This document shows positions 57,510-64,000 of a stretch of 64,000 nt of DNA, one piece after another. The DNA is from Eledone cirrhosa (lineage: Eukaryota). A model generated the notes under the pieces. That model ran no database searches. It was not told the DNA's origin and saw nothing but the letters and a program-made list of their open reading frames with translations. The DNA lies in assembly GCA_964016885.1 (NCBI GenBank), contig OZ024745.1:62000001-62064000 (forward strand), given 5' to 3'. Each line of letters opens with the position of its first letter. Within the stretch, counting starts at the first letter, position 1. Position numbers and translations under genes: made by a program.

Positions 57510-58249
57510 AATATATATATTTGTAATAGGGAAAACATAACGTTAGATCTATAAAGTTAGTAAAATAATGATACTATTATTATATTAAGCATGCATTCAT
57601 CTATGAACTGTATTCAATGGTTTGCAGTCATGTATCATCCACTGTTGTGTGTTGTTTTGAAAATACTCACGATGTTTAGGGTTTGTTTGGGAAATAGATA
57701 ATGAAACGGAGAGTCAATGATGAATTATAGGCCCAACAGAAATTACCAAAAAGAAAATGATTAAATGGAGCTTTCTTTGCCAATAATTTACAAATGTTTC
57801 GATCTACTTATGGTATCAGAGAAAAGAAAAAGAGTTTGCATGAACTGAAAGATTGAATAGAAAAACCTTCACCGATGCGGAAAACTAATATATGGAAAGC
57901 TGGTATATGAAGATACAAAGAGGATTACTTGAAATTATATTTACGTGGATAAAAATGTAGAAGGTTATCACATGCACCAAAGATTTCCTTTATTCGGCTT
58001 ATTAAAATAATGCAGTAAACATTTAGAAACATGTTGTTATGTGTGGATGTGCATATATTGCAGATGTCAATACTTAAATCAATCATATTTATGTCCAAAT
58101 TTAGGCGGAACTATATTGCCATCATTTTCATCATTTTATTATGTACAATTTCCGCTATATTTACCCCATCAAAATAATATCTATAACTGGTAAATTTAGA
58201 TTATCTGCAATATCAGTAGTATAATACTTCCCTATAAATGTAATAATGC

Positions 58250-58775
58250 TTTCTGATTTAGACACAAGGCCAAAAGCTTTAGGGGAGGGGAAATTCGATT
58301 AAATCGATCCCAGTGCATTACTGGTGCTTTATATTATCGTCCAAGTAAGGACGAAAGGCAAAGCTAATCTCGGCGGGATTTGAACTCAGACCGTAAAGGA
58401 CCGTAACTCAATGGTATAAAGCATTGTGTCCGACGCTCTACCGATTCTGCCAACCAACCCCCTTACTCATGTAATAATTGTTTCTACTTTTGGCACAAGG
58501 CCAGCAATTATCTCAGTGTATTACTGGTACTTTATTTTATCGACCCCGTAAGGATGAAAGGCAAAGTTAACCTCGGCCATTGAACTCAGACCACAAAGGG
58601 CCGTAACCCTTTGCTGCAAATGTAATAATTGTTTCTGCTGTAGGCACAAGGCCAGCAATTAACCAGTGCATTACTGGTACTTTATTTTATCGACCCCGTA
58701 AGGATGAAAGGCAAAGTCAACCTCGGCGGGATTTGAACTCAGATCGTAAAGGGACGTAGCTATGCTGCCAATCCA
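58250..58775 (-). mobile_element. Three tandem copies of the same SINE
   Basis: Copies at about 58250-58455, 58472-58620 and 58622-58775. Confidence 0.8.
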
Positions 58776-58907
58776 AATGTAATAATGAAAATGTTTTACA
58801 TTTTGAACACAGAAACACGGAGTAAATTTTATTGAATCAGATCTACTACATGACCGGCACATATGTATCGGAGATCACGGAGACAAACTAATGATAACAT
58901 CGACTTG

Positions 58908-59090
58908 GCTTGGTAGTATTGGTAGAGAGTCGGACACCATGCTTTGTAGCACAGAGTTACGCCCCTTTACGGTCTGAGGTAAAATCCCACCGAGGTTAAC
59001 TTTGCCTTTATCCTTATGGAGTCGATAAAATAAAGTACCAGTAATACACTGGAATAATTGCTGGCCATGTCCCAAAAGTAGAAACAATTA
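58908..59090 (+). mobile_element. tRNA-derived SINE (opposite orientation)
   Basis: Same family as the 56949 copy. Confidence 0.8.
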
Positions 59091-59169
59091 ATTAAAGAAT
59101 CGAAAGTAACGAAAAAACTGCTAAATATTTCGTCTACTTTGATTTATCAATTCTAACATCAACCACCGC

Positions 59170-59216
59170 ACTACTACCTCTACTACTACTGTTACTACTA
59201 CTACTACTCTTGCTGT

Positions 59217-59274
<58 letters not shown>

Positions 59275-59293
59275 GCTGCTATTGCTGCTGATG

Positions 59294-59341
<48 letters not shown>

Positions 59342-59396
59342 ATACTACTACTACTACTACTGCTGGTGCTACTACTACTACTAATAATAATAATAT

Positions 59397-59457
<61 letters not shown>

Positions 59458-59498
59458 GTTGCTGCTGCTGCTGCTGCTGCTACTACTACTACTATTAA

Positions 59499-59533
<35 letters not shown>

Positions 59534-59612
59534 TTGCTGCTGCTTCTGCTCCTGCTGGTGCTGCTACTGTTGCTGCTAATAATGATGATGATGATGGTAA
59601 TACTAATAATAA
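59170..59612. repeat. (TAC)n/(TGC)n trinucleotide microsatellite
   Basis: Read directly from the sequence. It explains the poly-S/L/V ORFs. Confidence 0.95.
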
Positions 59613-59619
59613 TTGCCGG

Positions 59620-60090
59620 AAAACAAGCGACAATACAAATGGACAAGGATTGTTTGGGATTTACAATTAACATTAAAGATAAAGTAAAAGAACAGAATTC
59701 TCTAATACTAGGGAGCACCACAAAGGCTAATTTACCATTAAAACTGAAGTACAAAGGTGCAATCGATCTCACTACGAAGTATGCAACTATCTGTCAGAGG
59801 GCAACTCGGAGAATCTAATATACATAATAACGTGTAAAGGCTGCCACGAACATTATATTGGATAAATAGGTACATCCCTCCGAAGTCGACTGAGAGTTCC
59901 CTGTAAACAAATCAGAGGCCTACACATCAGAACCCCCCACCCCAGGCCAACATACAGAAGAATATGGAGGATGAATTTTGCTAAATTTCGATGTTTCCTA
60001 TTCTGCCATTGTAGTGAACATTTCACTCTGGAAAAACGTTTTAATTAGGAAAAACTTTTCATAAGAAAATTCCAAACAAATCTCAGGTTA
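59620..60090 (+). pseudogene. Degenerate PLE GIY-YIG remnant
   Basis: NSENLIYIITCKGCHEHYIG*IGTSLRSRLRV, homologous to the 42.1-42.4 kb GIY-YIG. Confidence 0.75.
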
Positions 60091-60374
60091 TACGCACTTT
60101 ACCATAAAAAAAAGCATGTACCTTGTAAGGAAACATATTCTCCTCAATATAAAGATAAAATCAGTTGCGCACTTTGTGTTCAATAAGTCCACAAACGACC
60201 ACCACGTTAGATAAACATAACCGAAAAAGTTGAAGAGGCTGAAACCGGTTAAAGTAAACAAAAATATATAACTAATAATCAAATTACTTGACTCATGAAT
60301 ACGTAAACCTTCTAAATAACCAAAATGTCAGTAATTACATTTTACAACCTTATTATCCACACGCAAACAAACTC

Positions 60375-60436
<62 letters not shown>

Positions 60437-62959
60437 TATTACTTCGAGAGCTATCTGACGAATTAAAATGCTATATATCTATGTTTACATTTGTTTTTAA
60501 TTCACCTTTTATTACTCCATACCTAGATATTTAGATTTGACCAATTATCTCTGATCCTATAAGTAATTTTAACTTAACCATCATCATCACCACCAACATC
60601 ATCCTCATCATCCTCACTATCAACATCGATAATGTTATAATTATAATTATTATTTCTTTATTAATTTGTTTTTATTGTTGTTACTTTTGTTGACATCAGC
60701 ATTATCATCATCATTACCATGATCGAAATTATGTAGTAGCAAAGATCAATATATTGGACATGATATCTTGTAACACATATCTCTACGATGCCACTTGTCG
60801 TTAATCGTATCCTCTTTCATTATTGAATTATATAGAAAGTCTCTGAATACTCTAGAGGCATTTCAGTTCCTTAAGAGAAGGACATTATACTAGATATTTC
60901 GCAGCTGTATACTCTGAATATAGATTAATAACTCTCCTTACTGATGTAAACAAATGGACATTTGTCGGTGTTAGTTGACGATAATTTCAAATAAACTATC
61001 ATCAGTTAAAACTTGAAGATTTTATATAAACCAACATGTAGAAATCAAGATATCAATATATTCATAGAGTATGATTCGTTACTTCAACATCACAGTTATC
61101 TATAATGCACTAGCATAGTTAAGAGACCTTCAATTCCTGAAGGAAATATATGCATTTATCGCAACGCTTTCAAAGCGCTGGAGGGTTTATGAAGACTTGT
61201 TATATTTACAGAATCTGATTGACTTCACGAAGTATGAAGTGTTTGTAAATCATATTATTGTAAAAGCTAAACATTAAATATAATCCATTACTTTTGTACA
61301 CAGCTAAATTGTGTTATTCATTTTGATAACACACTTGGCCTGTGAATTCGGATATAAGTTCGCACAAACAATAATACTTTCCGTGCAACGTAATAAAAGT
61401 TTCGCTATTGCGTTGAATTTTCACCTTTATAACACAGCAACATACTAAGCTTTGGGTATTTCAATTCTTATCGGGTTTTCTCTGAAATATATGTCCTAGC
61501 TACTAACACAAACGAAATATGAATGTTCTAGAAAATAAAAAGGATTATCATCGTCATCATCAACATTAATATTATTATTATTGTGAATTTAATCTCTGAG
61601 TCATTGATGCTATTTTACCGGATAATTTACCCACATGAACACCAAGCTGCTGTTTGCAGCCTGAGATATTCAGGTGGGTCCTTACTGCTCACAGAGGCAT
61701 GCCTTTTGAAGTGTTCCAAACAAAAGGGGCCTGGGCTAATGTTCTTTAACCAGCCTTGGAAACTCTTCGAGATAATACCTAATGTTTCTATGACTATGGG
61801 GTTGAGGTTGATCTAATGAGGGTACAAAATATTTACAACTCCCCCTCCCCTCCCCCCTTAGATCCTGGAATCAGTTAATTTTCTTTTTCTTTCCTTGTAC
61901 TCTTGTGTCAAAGGAGCAAGCTACATCTGCAATAAACCAACAACTTTCTTCTTAGTCAATAACTACCAGGTTAAGTCAATTGTATTCGAATTATTTATTT
62001 GTTTGTATCCTGAAATCCTACAACTCTTCTCAGTATAAGCTAAATGATTCAGGTACTTTTCCTACGATATCATGCCGCTATCCTTCATAATGAGTCTGGG
62101 ATAGGTGTTTACATGCGGATGCGAGGTGAGCAACAGTTCACAGATGCTACAGAGTGGGCTAGCTTCCTCAATGTCAATATGATGTTTCACCCTCTTTGTT
62201 CTAAGGGATTGTGTCTAAAAGACTGTTTGAAAGTTATCTAGATGATGTCAAACATTTTTTTTTAAAATTTATAAGCAAAGATAGCTCTAGCGTTCAGACC
62301 TTAAACGCACTCTTTTATTAAAAGTGAATATAGAAACGAAGAACTGCATATATATCACATCACTTTGCACCCAAACAAAAAAACAAAAAAATAAAAAAAC
62401 AAGAAAACAAAAAAACAACAACAAAAAAAACAAAAAAAACAAAAACAAAACAGAAACAAAAGGAAAATACAAAAATGTAAAAAGGACAAAAATATATGCA
62501 AGTTAACATGGTTTTTCAATGAAGGCAACATATTTGTGGTCAAATAACTTCTTAGAAAACATTTTAAGTTGTTACCCACTCAACAGAATTTCGTATCGAA
62601 ATCCTACGATTGTAAGAAAAACCGGTACAATAATAGACTATTTGACTAAGCTATATAGCAATATTACACATGTAACAAATAAATTATTGATAGAATATAT
62701 TACACAAACCCGAGAATGAATAACTATTTCATTTATATGAAACAAGATTGCAAACCACAAAATTTATGTCAGGAAGCTAATGTTTATGTTGAAATTATTA
62801 AAACATATGGCAGTCTCATTTTGCTATTAATTTTATGATTGCAAATACTTGGTATAATAGAATTGTGTTCTAGCTTTAATAACGCATCGTCACCGTAGTC
62901 ATACACACGCAAATACACACAAATACACGAACACACACACATACACATCACATCACACA

Positions 62960-63007
62960 AACACACACACATATATGTATGTACATATATATATATATAC
63001 ATATGTT

Positions 63008-63100
<93 letters not shown>

Positions 63101-63281
63101 AGGTAATGAATTCTTTTACAATGGAATCAGCTCGAATATATATATATATATATATACAGATGTGTTGGTATCTGTGTTTCATCACATACATATTAATTTA
63201 TATATATATATATATATGTTTATATATATACATATGTTTATATATATATATATATACATATGTTTATATATATATACATAT

Positions 63282-63360
<79 letters not shown>
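62960..63360. repeat. Interrupted (TA)n microsatellites
   Basis: Read directly from the sequence. Confidence 0.9.
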
Positions 63361-63362
<2 letters not shown>

Positions 63363-63479
63363 TATGTATATCATACATAAGAACATTTGTCACCAATATC
63401 CATAACATCTCAATGAAAAGATGGTTTTAATGTATCTAAGCATACACATATACAACATCTTGTACAAAGTCAACAAAAA

Positions 63480-63860
63480 TTGATCTGTAAGTCTATGTGT
63501 AATACTCAGCTATAGCTTCACTAAACATAGAATAGAATATATTGCCAGCAAATATATCAATCATAGTATTGCTAGATGTCTACTGTACGACTCTTGCAAC
63601 GTGCGCCCTAACCCAGGTACCCCTAACCCAGGTACAAACCTTGGCATAGGTCATCTACGAATTCAAGTAAAACATTTCTAAACGTAGGAATCCATTTTAG
63701 GTCCACGGTACAATTTCAGAAGTGCAACACAACGTACAAAATAAATGGAACATCCTGGAAAGATGTAGCTCATATTCCAATAGGTCAAGGAAATGTCGAC
63801 ACTGTACAGCCGAGAGACTACACATATTTCTTGTGCTAAACAAAAAGAAGCTTTTCTTGC
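63480..63860 (+). pseudogene. Highly degenerate Neptune-type PLE remnant
   Basis: LSYSFT (thumb/linker) and KWNILERCSSYSNRSRKCRHCTAERLHI..LNKK (GIY-YIG C-terminus). Confidence 0.55.
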
Positions 63861-64000
63861 TCAATATGCAAGTCTTCATGCAATCACATTTCACATTGCA
63901 CATTGGATAGTTTCCTCACATCCGTATACATTTAAACACCAAATACTCTCGATATTCACAACACATATATGAATCTTAGCGTGACCACGCCTGTGTATTA

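Noticed and set aside
59121-59818. Poly-Ser/Leu/Val ORFs
   Set aside because: Translations of the (TAC)n microsatellite.
60225-60255. TTGAAGA-GGCT-GAAA-CCGG-TT downstream of the PLE remnant
   Set aside because: Plausibly a decayed HHR, but stems I and II are missing.

Overview
AT-rich, microsatellite-laden animal genomic DNA with no recognisable host protein-coding gene. The (TA)n/(CA)n/(TAC)n density and the repeat families point to a cephalopod such as Octopus (inference). The coding content is all retrotransposon-derived: a frameshifted Tx1/L1-type LINE (7.5-13.1 kb), an RTE LINE with an intact 1006-aa ORF (17.6-21.5 kb), an R4/Dong-like RLE remnant and five Penelope-like element (PLE) remnants, plus tRNA-derived SINEs and a Tc1/mariner MITE. 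The main signal is non-coding. I read about 22 clear or near-canonical, plus a few degenerate, type I hammerhead ribozyme (HHR) motifs of the minimal PLE type (stem I - CUGANGA - stem II - GAAA - palindromic stem III - UH). They sit in foldback or tandem units abutting (TA)n. Two homologous but divergent ~470-bp tandem arrays (37.9-39.6 kb and 50.2-54.7 kb) carry one HHR per unit and a conserved ATGCAAAT octamer upstream of it. Both have an inverted arm, and the larger array shows alternating 467/480-bp units and a 14-bp flanking direct repeat. They look like retrozyme or newt satellite-2-like circular-RNA retroelements that may be mobilised by PLEs. A shared GAGTRCT motif lies about 40-80 nt inside the (TA)n junction of ten otherwise dissimilar element ends. 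All structure calls are by eye and need Infernal and experimental confirmation.
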